Positions 28,072 to 37,695 are shown, counted from the stretch's first letter. The stretch is DNA of 64,000 nt from Actinomycetota bacterium (GCA_027729925.1 JAQCEB010000003.1:2996-66995), one strand, 5' to 3'. Numbers and translations are program-made. Notes: generated by a model from the letters alone, not told the origin.

Positions 28072-29337
28072 GTGATAGTTGAAAACAATCTATTTGACTC
28101 TCAAATGTATAAAGAAGTTATAAAACAATATGAGGGTGTTGCAGATTTAATAAATTTAGATCCAAATATAAGAGAAAGACTTAAGCTTCCACAAAGATCA
28201 TTAGTAGTAACATTTCCATTTAGACGAGATGAATATGATGAAGTTGAGACAGTAGTCGGATATAGAGTTCAACATGTTCTTTCTATGGGTCCAACTAAAG
28301 GAGGTATTAGATATTCTCCGGATGTTAATTTAGGAGAGGTCACAGCACTTGCTATTCTAATGTCTTGGAAGTCAGCAATTGTTGGTTTGCCGTATGGCGG
28401 TGCCAAGGGTGGAGTAGCAATAGACCCTAATCCATTAACAAGAGCAGAAAAACAAAGAGTTACAAGAAGATATACAGCTGAACTTATACCAATTATTGGT
28501 GTAAATAAAGACATTCCAGCACCTGATTTAGGCACCGATGAACAAACTATGGCTTGGATAATGGATACCTATAGTAATTTTGTTGGTTATGCTACACCGG
28601 GTATAGTTACTGGTAAACCTGCATCAATAGGAGGATCGGTTACAAGGAAAGAATCAACAGGTCGCGGTGCTGTTGCAGTTGGTGTTGCAGCAATGGAGAA
28701 AATTGGTAAAACTATTAAAAACTCTAAAGTAGTTGTTCAAGGTTTCGGAAATGTTGGTAGATATGCTGCAATGGCGGCGTACGAGCAAGGTGCGAAAGTT
28801 ATTGCAGTTAATGATGTAGATGGTTCGATAATTAATGAAAAAGGCATAAATATTCCTGAGCTTTTTAAATATACTTCAAATAATGTTTCTGTAAATGGAT
28901 TTCCTGGTGCAGAAAAACTTAATGAAAGTATTTTGGAGATTGACTGTGATGTTTTGATACCAGCTGCTGTAGGTGGAGTAATAACTTCAAGCAATGCTTC
29001 AAAAATAAAAGCAAAAGTATTAATAGAGGGAGCTAACTCTCCAACAACACTTAACGCAGATAAAATACTAAGAGAGAATGGAGTATTGATTATTCCTGAT
29101 ATTCTTGCAAACGCAGGAGGCATCACAGCTAGTTATTTTGAATGGGTTCAAAATACTCAAAATTATCTATGGAAAGAAGCTGAGTTGTATGAAAAACTTA
29201 TTGATGTAATGCTTACAGCTTTTGAAGAGATTTGGACTATTTCTGAAAAACAAAACTGTGATTTAAGAACCGCTGCTTTGATTAAAGGAATCAAAAGAGT
29301 AGCTGCAGCAAAATTAACTAGAGGTTTGTTTCCTTAA
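28072..29337 (+). CDS. gdhA: Glutamate dehydrogenase
   Basis: 421 aa with a GTG start. Glu/Leu/Phe/Val dehydrogenase signature LPYGGAKGGV and Rossmann motif VQGFGNVG. Confidence 0.93.
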   Translation: MIVENNLFDSQMYKEVIKQYEGVADLINLDPNIRERLKLPQRSLVVTFPFRRDEYDEVETVVGYRVQHVLSMGPTKGGIRYSPDVNLGEVTALAILMSWKSAIVGLPYGGAKGGVAIDPNPLTRAEKQRVTRRYTAELIPIIGVNKDIPAPDLGTDEQTMAWIMDTYSNFVGYATPGIVTGKPASIGGSVTRKESTGRGAVAVGVAAMEKIGKTIKNSKVVVQGFGNVGRYAAMAAYEQGAKVIAVNDVDGSIINEKGINIPELFKYTSNNVSVNGFPGAEKLNESILEIDCDVLIPAAVGGVITSSNASKIKAKVLIEGANSPTTLNADKILRENGVLIIPDILANAGGITASYFEWVQNTQNYLWKEAELYEKLIDVMLTAFEEIWTISEKQNCDLRTAALIKGIKRVAAAKLTRGLFP

Positions 29338-30297
29338 TAAATTTTCTATATTTTCTAAAATTTTATCTTTTTCAATTTTTAATCTTGCAATATCTTTTTT
29401 CAATTTTTCTAAGTCAGTTTTAGCAATTGGCGAATCACTTGGAATATCATTTGGTTTAGAAATTAATTCGTATGCTTCTATAGTTTCTTCATAATCTTCA
29501 ATCTGAATATTTATTTCTTGTAAATGTGAAGTATCAGGTGCATCAGGATTAAAAATAGGACATATGGGTTTGTAGTAACACCAGTCACACAGAGTATTTT
29601 TTATAGGTGGAAACTCATTATTTTGAAAAGCAATTTTAATATTGTTCCATATTTCAAGTATTTCTTCTTTGGCTAAATTGAGCATTTCTTCATCAATTTT
29701 TAATGTATGTATAGTTGAATTTTGAAGATAAATTAATTTAAGCTCCACAGGCATTTCACCGGTTTCTTCTTTTATTAATAAAGCATATAGTTTTAAAGCA
29801 AAAAATCGTGGCTCTTTATATTTAGCTAATGGCGCTTTTCCACTTTTATAATCGACAATTATTAATTCTCCATTTTCATTTCTATCCATTCTGTCGAGAA
29901 TGCCTCTTAAATTTAAATCTTCAATACTTCCTCTCACCCAACGTTCTCTTTCTATTGGTTCAAATATTTTAGGATCTTCAATATTCATGTAATTATTGAG
30001 CAACTTTAAACCATCAAGTCCCCATTCTCTTTCTTCTTCAATACTTGAAAATAAATTATGATGTTCATCGTTATTTCTTACTTTTGTCCATGCATTTCTG
30101 AATAAATCATGAAGTTTTTCAGTTGTTCTCTCATTATTAGGTAGGTCAAACAAATCTTCCAATGCTTGATGTACCGTTGTGCCTTTTGCTTGAACTTCAT
30201 TTGTTGGTTCTATTATTTTGTCAATATTTGCATATTTAAATTGTTTTGGACAAGTTTTAAACTGAGAAGCTCTTGATGGTGATAAGTTCTTTATCAT
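29314..30297 (-). CDS. PD-(D/E)XK nuclease, RecB/Cas4-like, with a four-Cys Fe-S motif
   Basis: 327 aa. One N-terminal Cys (FKTCPKQF) plus a C-terminal CDWCYYKPIC (C-x2-C-x5-C). Nuclease motifs GILDRMD and IVDYKSGK. About 85 aa of charged, coiled-coil-like C-terminal tail. 24-nt convergent overlap with gdh. Confidence 0.8.
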   Translation of the reverse strand: MIKNLSPSRASQFKTCPKQFKYANIDKIIEPTNEVQAKGTTVHQALEDLFDLPNNERTTEKLHDLFRNAWTKVRNNDEHHNLFSSIEEEREWGLDGLKLLNNYMNIEDPKIFEPIERERWVRGSIEDLNLRGILDRMDRNENGELIIVDYKSGKAPLAKYKEPRFFALKLYALLIKEETGEMPVELKLIYLQNSTIHTLKIDEEMLNLAKEEILEIWNNIKIAFQNNEFPPIKNTLCDWCYYKPICPIFNPDAPDTSHLQEINIQIEDYEETIEAYELISKPNDIPSDSPIAKTDLEKLKKDIARLKIEKDKILENIENLLRKQTSS

Positions 30298-30327
30298 ATT
30301 ACAACTATAACTTCTTAAATATTAAAA

Positions 30328-30456
30328 ATGTACAATAGAGATATGACTAAATTTTTAAAAATTTTACAAATTATTGGAATTTTAACTTTTGTCTTATATT
30401 TTGTAGCAGGTATTTTGTACAACTCTTTCAGTTGGTTTAATTATTTATTCAATTAA
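30328..30456 (+). CDS. Possible small single-TM protein (37-42 aa)
   Basis: Not in the ORF track. The ORF is (MYNRD)MTKFLKILQIIGILTFVLYFVAGILYNSFSWFNYLFN in the 203-nt gap upstream of ino1. There is no strong RBS, so coding status is unproven. Confidence 0.25.
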   Translation: MYNRDMTKFLKILQIIGILTFVLYFVAGILYNSFSWFNYLFN

Positions 30457-30500
30457 ACATCATTTTTTTTATAAATTGAGAGTTTGCTAAAGTAATACTG

Positions 30501-31577
30501 GTGAATAAGCAAAAAATAAAAGTAGCGATTCTAGGAGTTGGCAATTGTGCGAGCTCATTTGTACAAGGAATTCATTACTATTCAAATTCTGATTCAGAAG
30601 ATGGTTTAATATCTGATGTAATTGGAGGTTATAAAGTTTCAGATATTGATGTTGTCGCAGCATACGATATAAATACTACAAAAGTTGGCAAAGACTTGAG
30701 TGAAGCAATTTTTGCTGAACCTAATAATACTCTTAAGTTTTCAGATGTACCAAAAACAGGCATCATAGTTGAACCGGGTGTTGTTAACGATGGTATTGGA
30801 AAATTTGTTAAGGATATTATAAATCCTGTTTCTGATTCAGCTGACTTTGAAACTTCATTAAAAAATTCTGGAGCAGAGATTTTAATCAACCTTTTACCTG
30901 TTGGTTCAGATGAAGCTACAAAGTTTTATGCTCAATGTGCTATAAACGCAAAAGTTGGGTTTATAAATTGCATACCTGTTTATATTGCTAGGGATGAAAA
31001 TTGGTTTAACAAGTTTAAAAGCAATAATGTTCCTCTAATTGGTGATGATATTAAAAGTCAAGTTGGTGCAACTATAGTTCATAGAGTTTTAGCACAGCTT
31101 TTCTCTGATAGAGGAGTACAACTTAAAAACACTTATCAATTAAACGTTGGTGGAAATATGGATTTTTTAAATATGTTAGAAGAAGAAAGATTAGAGACTA
31201 AAAGAAGTAGTAAAACCTCATCTGTAACTTCAGTAGCTAATAAAGGAAAAGGTATTGAAGCAGATCATGTTCGAATTGGACCATCAGATTATGTTAAGTG
31301 GTTAGAAGACAGAAAGAAAGCTTTTATTAGATTAGAAGGTTCTGCTTTTGGCGGAGCTCCATTGAATATTGAAGTTCAACTGGAAGTATGGGATTCTCCA
31401 AATAGTGCAGGCGTAACAATTGATGCAGTAAGGTATATGAAGTTTTTTAAAGATAAAGAAGATTTAGATTCGCTCGATTTAGTTTCTGCTTGGTTAATGA
31501 AAGCTCCACATAGCCCACACCAAGATAGCGATGTTTTAAATCAATTACATGAATTAACCCACAAAGAAATAAATTAA
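30501..31577 (+). CDS. ino1: myo-Inositol-1-phosphate synthase
   Basis: 358 aa with a GTG start. NAD-binding N-terminus VAILGVGNCASSFVQG, and the length and pattern of short bacterial/archaeal MIPS. Confidence 0.9.
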   Translation: MNKQKIKVAILGVGNCASSFVQGIHYYSNSDSEDGLISDVIGGYKVSDIDVVAAYDINTTKVGKDLSEAIFAEPNNTLKFSDVPKTGIIVEPGVVNDGIGKFVKDIINPVSDSADFETSLKNSGAEILINLLPVGSDEATKFYAQCAINAKVGFINCIPVYIARDENWFNKFKSNNVPLIGDDIKSQVGATIVHRVLAQLFSDRGVQLKNTYQLNVGGNMDFLNMLEEERLETKRSSKTSSVTSVANKGKGIEADHVRIGPSDYVKWLEDRKKAFIRLEGSAFGGAPLNIEVQLEVWDSPNSAGVTIDAVRYMKFFKDKEDLDSLDLVSAWLMKAPHSPHQDSDVLNQLHELTHKEIN

Positions 31578-32836
31578 TTTAAAGAATTTTCAAAAATATT
31601 TAGTGCTTCATTAACTTGCTCAAGAGGAGTAGTTAAAGGACCCATAAATCTAATAACGTTTCCATCTTTGCCGCAACTTACAAGCAATAGTCCATTTTCC
31701 CTTGATTTTACTAATACTTTATTAACTAATTCTTTGTTTGGCGATTTGTTTACTTTATTGTCTACAAATTCAACACCTAACATTGGACCGTAACCTCTTA
31801 CATCTCCAATAAATTCATATTTCTCTTTTAAATCATGTAAAAAGGTATTCATTAAAATAGCTTGATCTTGTGCATTTGTAAGAATATCTTCTGTATCAAA
31901 AGCCTCTAGAACACCTAATGCTGCTGCACATGAAATAGGTGAAGCACCAAATGTACTTCCTATACCAGCATCATGTATAGAGTCCATAATTTCACTTCTT
32001 CCAATTACTGCTGCTAAAGGAAAGCCACCACCAATTCCTTTTGCTAAGGTAACTAAATCAGGCTCAACATCAATAAGTTCTGCTCCAAACATTTTTCCTG
32101 TTCTTCCATAGCCGGTTTGAACTTCATCAAAAATTAACAAGATGCCATGTTCATCGCAAATACTTCTTAATTCACTTAAAAAATATTTAGAAGCAGGAAT
32201 ATATCCTCCTTCACCAATTTGAATTTCTACTAAAATTGCAGCAGTATCTTTAGGATTTACGCTTTCCATAAAAAGTTTTTTGATACTTTCTAGTGCCATC
32301 TCATCACTTAAATCTCTATAGTGATATGGATAAATTGCATGATGAACAAACTCAGGGAAAGGACCAAATCCTTCTTTGTAGGGCTTATCTTTACCTGTCA
32401 GAGCCATTGCAAGATAAGTTCTTCCATGAAATCCGCCTTGAAAAGATATAATTTGTTTTCTTTGTGTAAAGTATCTAGCAATTTTTACAGCATTTTCTAT
32501 AGCTTCGGCACCACTATTTACAATGAAAGATTTTGTTTTTGAGTTTATAGGGTATCTAGAATTTAGTTGTTCTGCAAGAAGAACAGCATTTTCATGAGGT
32601 GCAAATGCAAAACATGAATGTGAAAAGTTTTTTAGTTGTTCCTCTACTTTATTGACAACTTTATCATGTAAATGACCAGTATTGAGGACAGCATAACCTC
32701 CGACAAAATCTAAATATCTATTTCCTTTGCTATCCCAAACTTCAGCATTTTTTCCTTTTGTAATGAAATTATCTAAAGTGCTAAACCATGCTTTTGGTAC
32801 ATTTTCTGTTATGAGATTAGTTAGTAAATTCTCCAT
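31574..32836 (-). CDS. gabT: Class-III PLP aminotransferase (4-aminobutyrate aminotransferase-like)
   Basis: 420 aa with DEVQTGYGRTG and TLAKGIGGGFPL (PLP Lys). Substrate assignment is tentative. Confidence 0.8.
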   Translation of the reverse strand: MENLLTNLITENVPKAWFSTLDNFITKGKNAEVWDSKGNRYLDFVGGYAVLNTGHLHDKVVNKVEEQLKNFSHSCFAFAPHENAVLLAEQLNSRYPINSKTKSFIVNSGAEAIENAVKIARYFTQRKQIISFQGGFHGRTYLAMALTGKDKPYKEGFGPFPEFVHHAIYPYHYRDLSDEMALESIKKLFMESVNPKDTAAILVEIQIGEGGYIPASKYFLSELRSICDEHGILLIFDEVQTGYGRTGKMFGAELIDVEPDLVTLAKGIGGGFPLAAVIGRSEIMDSIHDAGIGSTFGASPISCAAALGVLEAFDTEDILTNAQDQAILMNTFLHDLKEKYEFIGDVRGYGPMLGVEFVDNKVNKSPNKELVNKVLVKSRENGLLLVSCGKDGNVIRFMGPLTTPLEQVNEALNIFENSLN

Positions 32837-32897
32837 TAATCATTACTGTAACTGATTTATAGATAATACTCAATTTTATTGACACTAATATAAAGCT

Positions 32898-33266
32898 ATG
32901 GAAGATTTGTACTTTAAATTGACAATTCTTATCTCTATATATACAAATGCTATCGCTAGTATATTTTTTATTCTTATTTCACTTAAACTATTCTCAATTA
33001 AAGAAAAACTTTCAAATTATATAATTTTTCTTTCTACAGGAACTGTTCTCTTTCAAGTGCTTTATACAATTTATCAATACACACAGAATTCTGAAATAGG
33101 TTCTTTATTTATGTTTTACAATATGATTAATTTGTTCATTTTGACTTTTTTATATATTTATAGAAACGATATGAAGATTAAGTTTTACCCATATTGGTCC
33201 TTTGCTTTTCTATTCTTAATGGGTATGGAAATTAGGACTTATCAAACTTTTGGTTTAGGTTTTTAA
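32898..33266 (+). CDS. Hypothetical integral membrane protein (122 aa, about 4 TM)
   Basis: Hydrophobic ORF whose stop directly abuts the next gene. It is the first gene of a tightly packed five-gene plus-strand run. Confidence 0.5.
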   Translation: MEDLYFKLTILISIYTNAIASIFFILISLKLFSIKEKLSNYIIFLSTGTVLFQVLYTIYQYTQNSEIGSLFMFYNMINLFILTFLYIYRNDMKIKFYPYWSFAFLFLMGMEIRTYQTFGLGF

Positions 33267-33971
33267 ATGCCGTTTAAATTATTAGAAGATAAAAAAACTT
33301 TTGCTTATGTGAACTCTGATTTTCCCAAAGTGTGTTTTTTACACGGATGGGGTAGGGATTCGAGCGATTTTAATTTAATAGCTAATGAGTTTGATTCTTT
33401 TGTATTTGATTTACCTGGGTTCGGAAAGTCGAGTAAGCCAGAAATTAGTATGTCTCCAAAAGAATATGCTCAATATTTAGATAAACTAATTCCACCATCT
33501 ATAGAAGTTATTGTTGGTCACTCTTTCGGTGGAAGGGTTGCTGTATACCTATCAGAGTTCAGAAATTTTAAAAAACTTATTCTTATAGGAGTTCCTTTAA
33601 TTCGATTAAATTTACATAAAAACAATTTCTCGATTTTAAAGTTTTTTAAAATTTTAAATAAATATGGATTAATTTCTCAAAATTTACTAGAAAATATAAA
33701 AAAGAAACTTGGTTCAACTGACTACCAAAACGTAACAGGAATTATGCGTGAAACTCTAGTTAAAGCAGTAAATGACAATTTAGAAACTACCTTAAGTCAT
33801 CTCTCGATTAAAACTGAGTTAATTTGGGGAGAGTTTGACACAGAAGTACCAGTTGAAGTGGCAATTGAAGCAAATAAAATAATCAAAAATTCGAATCTTC
33901 ATATCTTAGAAAACGAATCACATAATCCTCTGATTTCCTCATATTCTAAAATTATTAATATTATTAATTAA
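33267..33971 (+). CDS. Alpha/beta-fold hydrolase
   Basis: 234 aa. FLHGWG oxyanion region, nucleophile elbow GHSFGG, and a C-terminal His (ESHNP). Confidence 0.8.
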   Translation: MPFKLLEDKKTFAYVNSDFPKVCFLHGWGRDSSDFNLIANEFDSFVFDLPGFGKSSKPEISMSPKEYAQYLDKLIPPSIEVIVGHSFGGRVAVYLSEFRNFKKLILIGVPLIRLNLHKNNFSILKFFKILNKYGLISQNLLENIKKKLGSTDYQNVTGIMRETLVKAVNDNLETTLSHLSIKTELIWGEFDTEVPVEVAIEANKIIKNSNLHILENESHNPLISSYSKIINIIN

Positions 33972-33972
33972 C

Positions 33973-35496
33973 ATGGAATTAATTCATTATTTCGTTCTTA
34001 TACTTTTTACTTTGTCTTCAATTATTAATTCAATTAGATGGTCTCGTATTGCACAAAGGGAGCATTATATCAACGGATATATAACTAAATTTTACTTTAG
34101 ATGGATAAAGCTTTTTCCCTTCAATAAGGTACTTTTTTTCCTTTTATTTTTATTGTTACTTTCAAGCCTATGGACGCCAATTGCAGCTATTCTATTAGCC
34201 ATCTTAAATTTAATTGCTCCATTGGGGCTGTCATTTAAATCTAGAACTGCAAAAGTTATTTACACAGATAGGCTAAAAAGATTAAATATTCTATATATTT
34301 TACTAATAATCATTTTTTCATTAGTTTCAGTTTTAAATGATCTTGGTTATTTTGTTGCAATGTTTGCAAATTTATTTTCTTTCTATATCTTTGATTTGAG
34401 TATGAAGCTTATAAAAAATTATGAAAAAAATAAATCGAGTGTTTTTGTTGATTCAGCAGCAATCAAATTAAAAGAGTTTAGTGGCCCAATTATTGCAATA
34501 ACTGGCTCATATGCAAAAACAACTACTAAAAATGTCATGCATCAAATTTTTACAAGCAAATACAAAACATTTGTAACTCCCGAAAGTTTTAACAACAGGC
34601 TTGGTATAGCAAAGTCCATTAATGAAAGTTTTAACATTTCTTACGATGTTGCTTTATTCGAAATGGGTACCTATGGATTTGGAGAAATAAGAGAAATGTG
34701 TTCATGGATTAAACCACATATTTCTGTCATTACAGGCATTGCGCCAGTACATTTAGAAAGAATGTCAACTCTAGAAAATATACTTGAAGCAAAATCAGAA
34801 ATAGTAGATTTAACTGGAACTGTAGTTATAAATGGTGATGATGAACTTTTGTTAAATGAAGCCAGACTTTGGACAGGTCAGAAGATGGTTATCGATTGTT
34901 CTACAAGTTCAAACCAAGCTGCAGTTTATGTAGATTATCGAGATGAAGTCCATAGTATTTACATTGGTGGTCAATTTATTATTTCTGTCAAAGGACCAGA
35001 ACTTTTACAATTATCTATTGCTCTCAGTGTGGGAGTATTAGTAGCTTTAGAAATGGATGTTAAGTCTTTTTTTACGAATGATTTAGTACTTTTAAAAACA
35101 CAGCATCGCCAAACCGAATTAATTGGAAATAAAGGTCAAACTATTATCGATAATTCTTTTAACTCTAATCCTATTTCTTATAAAGCTTCTCTTGCACAAA
35201 TAAATAAATATAATTCAAATGGTAAAAAATATCTTATTACACCTGGTTTGATTGAATTAGGATCACAACAATTCTCTTATAATTATGAATTTGCTCTAGA
35301 TGCCTCAAAAGTATTCGATGAGGTTTTTATCATCGGCTACACAAATATTTCAGCTTTACGTTTAGGATTTGATGAAACTAATACAAATTATAAGATATTT
35401 AAAAATAGAGATTTAGCTGTATCTGATTTAAACTCATATGTAAGTAAAGATGACATAGTATTATTTGAAAATGATTTACCAGACCACCACCCATAA
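33973..35496 (+). CDS. MurF-like Mur-ligase with an N-terminal multi-TM membrane domain
   Basis: 507 aa. Residues 1-150 are strongly hydrophobic (4-5 TM). These are followed by a Mur-ligase central domain (AITGSYAKTTTK, FNNRLG, EMGTYGFGEI, ITGIAPVHLE) and a C-terminal domain (IDNSFNSNPIS). Confidence 0.75.
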   Translation: MELIHYFVLILFTLSSIINSIRWSRIAQREHYINGYITKFYFRWIKLFPFNKVLFFLLFLLLLSSLWTPIAAILLAILNLIAPLGLSFKSRTAKVIYTDRLKRLNILYILLIIIFSLVSVLNDLGYFVAMFANLFSFYIFDLSMKLIKNYEKNKSSVFVDSAAIKLKEFSGPIIAITGSYAKTTTKNVMHQIFTSKYKTFVTPESFNNRLGIAKSINESFNISYDVALFEMGTYGFGEIREMCSWIKPHISVITGIAPVHLERMSTLENILEAKSEIVDLTGTVVINGDDELLLNEARLWTGQKMVIDCSTSSNQAAVYVDYRDEVHSIYIGGQFIISVKGPELLQLSIALSVGVLVALEMDVKSFFTNDLVLLKTQHRQTELIGNKGQTIIDNSFNSNPISYKASLAQINKYNSNGKKYLITPGLIELGSQQFSYNYEFALDASKVFDEVFIIGYTNISALRLGFDETNTNYKIFKNRDLAVSDLNSYVSKDDIVLFENDLPDHHP

Positions 35497-35499
35497 AAT

Positions 35500-36582
35500 A
35501 TGAAAAATATAATTGCTAATATTTTTGGTGGTCCGTCTCCTGAACATGATATATCTATACTTACGGGTCTTCAAGCTTCAAGAATTTTAGCTAATAACTA
35601 TGAGTTAATTAATATTTATTGGTCGAAAGATAACCGGTTTTATTTAGTAAACAACGACTTAGAATCAATAGATTTTATAAATAATAAATCAATTTACAAA
35701 AAAGAATTAACGTTAAATTTAGGCTCAAATCCAGGTTTTTTTTACAAAAAGAAACAATTAAAATTTGAAGTAATAATTAACTCATGTCACGGCGGTCCTG
35801 GAGAAGACGGTACCTTACAAGCAGTTTTTGATATTGCAGGTTTAAAATATACTGGCTCATCAGTAACAACCTCACAAATTGGAATGGATAAATATGCTTT
35901 TTATACACTAATGAAGGAAAATGGTCTCAATGTTTTAGATAAATTTTTGTATATAATTGATAAAAAACCTGATATCAGTGGCCCATACATTATTAAACCT
36001 CGTTTCGGAGGGTCATCTATAGGAGTAGAGGTTGTTGAAAATTATAATTCTATAGAAAATATTATTCAATCCTCTAATCTTTATGATTTAGGTACAACTG
36101 TAGAAAAGTTTTTACCTAACTCAGTTGACCTATTAGTTTCTGTAAGAAATTATCCAAAATTTGAATATTCTGAAGTAGAAAAACCAACTAGGTCAACCAA
36201 TTTCGAAATGTTTTCATACAGAGACAAGTATTTAGGTAATGGTGGTTTGGAAGGTTCTAAAAGAGAACTACCTGCTCAAATTAATAAACAAATTGAAGAA
36301 AAAATAATAGTTGAGCTCAAAAAGTTAAATCAAATAATAAAAATACAAGGCATTATTAGAGTTGATTTCTTATTACAGGATTCTGAATTGTTCATAAATG
36401 AAATTAATACAATTCCTGGAAGTCATGCGCTGTATTTATGGTCAAATTTAGGAAAAAGTAAATTTGAGTTACTTGAAGACATGATTACCGAAGCCTTAAA
36501 TAAAAAAAATGAATGGAGTAGTCAAGGTTCAGATGGTCTAGCTTTAAAGTCTGCTAGTGATATTCAGAGTAAACTTGGATAA
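35500..36582 (+). CDS. ddl: D-alanine--D-alanine ligase (ATP-grasp)
   Basis: 360 aa with FGGPSPEHDISILTG, CHGGPGEDGTLQAVFDIAGLKYTGS, IIKPRFGGSSIGV and INEINTIPGS. Confidence 0.85.
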   Translation: MKNIIANIFGGPSPEHDISILTGLQASRILANNYELINIYWSKDNRFYLVNNDLESIDFINNKSIYKKELTLNLGSNPGFFYKKKQLKFEVIINSCHGGPGEDGTLQAVFDIAGLKYTGSSVTTSQIGMDKYAFYTLMKENGLNVLDKFLYIIDKKPDISGPYIIKPRFGGSSIGVEVVENYNSIENIIQSSNLYDLGTTVEKFLPNSVDLLVSVRNYPKFEYSEVEKPTRSTNFEMFSYRDKYLGNGGLEGSKRELPAQINKQIEEKIIVELKKLNQIIKIQGIIRVDFLLQDSELFINEINTIPGSHALYLWSNLGKSKFELLEDMITEALNKKNEWSSQGSDGLALKSASDIQSKLG

Positions 36583-37219
36583 TCAATATGGCTTGTTCTG
36601 GGATTGTGATGGTACAATCATGGACACTGAAAAGCTTTATGCTTATGCCTGGAAAGAACATTTAAAAAATTTAGGTTTTGAAATTCAATTAAGTGAAGTT
36701 GATCAATTCATAGGTGTTGATGACAGAATTGTTCATAATTATTTTTCAAGTTTTGTAAAGCTAGATGATTTTACGAACACAATGCATTCATTAGGAGAAA
36801 TAATTAAAAATTTATTAAGTGATGATATATTATTTTCAGACGCTAAGAATCTTTTAATCTCATCAAATAATATTGGAATTCAATCAGCTTGTGTCTCAGC
36901 TAGTCCACAAAATTTACTTGAATTTAAACTTGAAAAAGCAAATATAAAACATTTATTTAATTTTATCATTGGCGGTGATCAGGTTAAAAAAAATAAACCC
37001 TATCCCGATATTTACAACAAAGCTATCACTACTTTAGGAACTACTAAAAACATAGTAATTGAAGATAGCCCAACTGGAATAAAATCAGGAAAAGCATCAA
37101 ATACATTTGTAATAGCTATAGATAGGGGAATATTTAGTAAAAATGAATTATCAGAAGCTGATGTTATTGTAGAGAAATTATCTTTAGAAAATATACTTTT
37201 AATTTATAAAAGCTTGTAA
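36557..37219 (+). CDS. HAD-superfamily phosphatase (subfamily IA, beta-PGM-like)
   Basis: Motif I is FWDCDGTIMDTE, with a KNKPYPDIY region and an EDSPTGIKSG motif. The start (GTG 36557 or a downstream TTG) overlaps the ddl 3' end. Confidence 0.8.
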   Translation: MIFRVNLDNQYGLFWDCDGTIMDTEKLYAYAWKEHLKNLGFEIQLSEVDQFIGVDDRIVHNYFSSFVKLDDFTNTMHSLGEIIKNLLSDDILFSDAKNLLISSNNIGIQSACVSASPQNLLEFKLEKANIKHLFNFIIGGDQVKKNKPYPDIYNKAITTLGTTKNIVIEDSPTGIKSGKASNTFVIAIDRGIFSKNELSEADVIVEKLSLENILLIYKSL

Positions 37220-37254
37220 TTATTGATTATTTTTAAAATAAATTACAAAATCGA

Positions 37255-37277
37255 CTTAGGCTCATATTGCGCCTAAG
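37255..37277. terminator. Weak hairpin between the convergent HAD and DDN genes
   Basis: CTTAGGC-N9-GCCTAAG (7-bp stem). There is no T-tract, and the right arm overlaps the DDN stop codon. Confidence 0.3.
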
Positions 37278-37695
37278 ATAATTCTAAAATTAATAATGGA
37301 ATAACTCTCTCTGTACGTTTTTGGTATGAAGTATAAATACCATTGTTTAGGTAATCCATTTTAGCCCACCATTCTTCTCTTTCAGAATTAAATATTTCAC
37401 GAGCAGTTGCATTATATTTTTTATTACCTATTTGGACAATACATTTAGAATTTTTTTTCAAATTATAATACCAACCTGGATTTGAAGGACTTCCACCCTT
37501 AGATGCAACAATACATACAAAATTTTCTTCTCGTAAAAAAACTAAAACATTTTTTCTTTGTTTTTTAGTTTTTGCACCAATTGAATGAAGAATTAAACAT
37601 GGTCTACCATATAACATTTTTCCAATCAAACCATTTGAATAAATGTATATGTAGTTATGAAAAAATAAAAACAAAAAAATTAATTTTCTTTTCAT
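37273..37695 (-). CDS. DDN-family deazaflavin (F420H2)-dependent nitroreductase/quinone reductase
   Basis: It matches the DDN (Rv3547-type) pattern closely (LILHSIGAKTKKQRKNVLVFLREENFVCIVASKGGSPSNPGWYYNLKKNSKCIVQI). I place the start at the ATG at 37695, which forms an ATGA overlap with the photolyase stop. The longest ORF reaches 37722. Confidence 0.85.
   Translation of the reverse strand: MKRKLIFLFLFFHNYIYIYSNGLIGKMLYGRPCLILHSIGAKTKKQRKNVLVFLREENFVCIVASKGGSPSNPGWYYNLKKNSKCIVQIGNKKYNATAREIFNSEREEWWAKMDYLNNGIYTSYQKRTERVIPLLILELS

Noticed and set aside
28269-29126. Antisense ORFs (88 and 129 aa) inside gdh. Similar shadow ORFs occur at 4049-4441, 8132-8362, 9041-9253, 15676-15945, 19349-19607, 19914-20111, 21525-21722, 24798-25218, 27625-27936, 30629-30889, 32321-32542, 39208-39660, 42483-42665, 43264-43470, 43904-44086, 47770-48000, 49171-49419 and 49840-50046.
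   Set aside because: All of them lie wholly within, and antisense or out of frame to, confidently identified genes, and they have no recognisable motifs.
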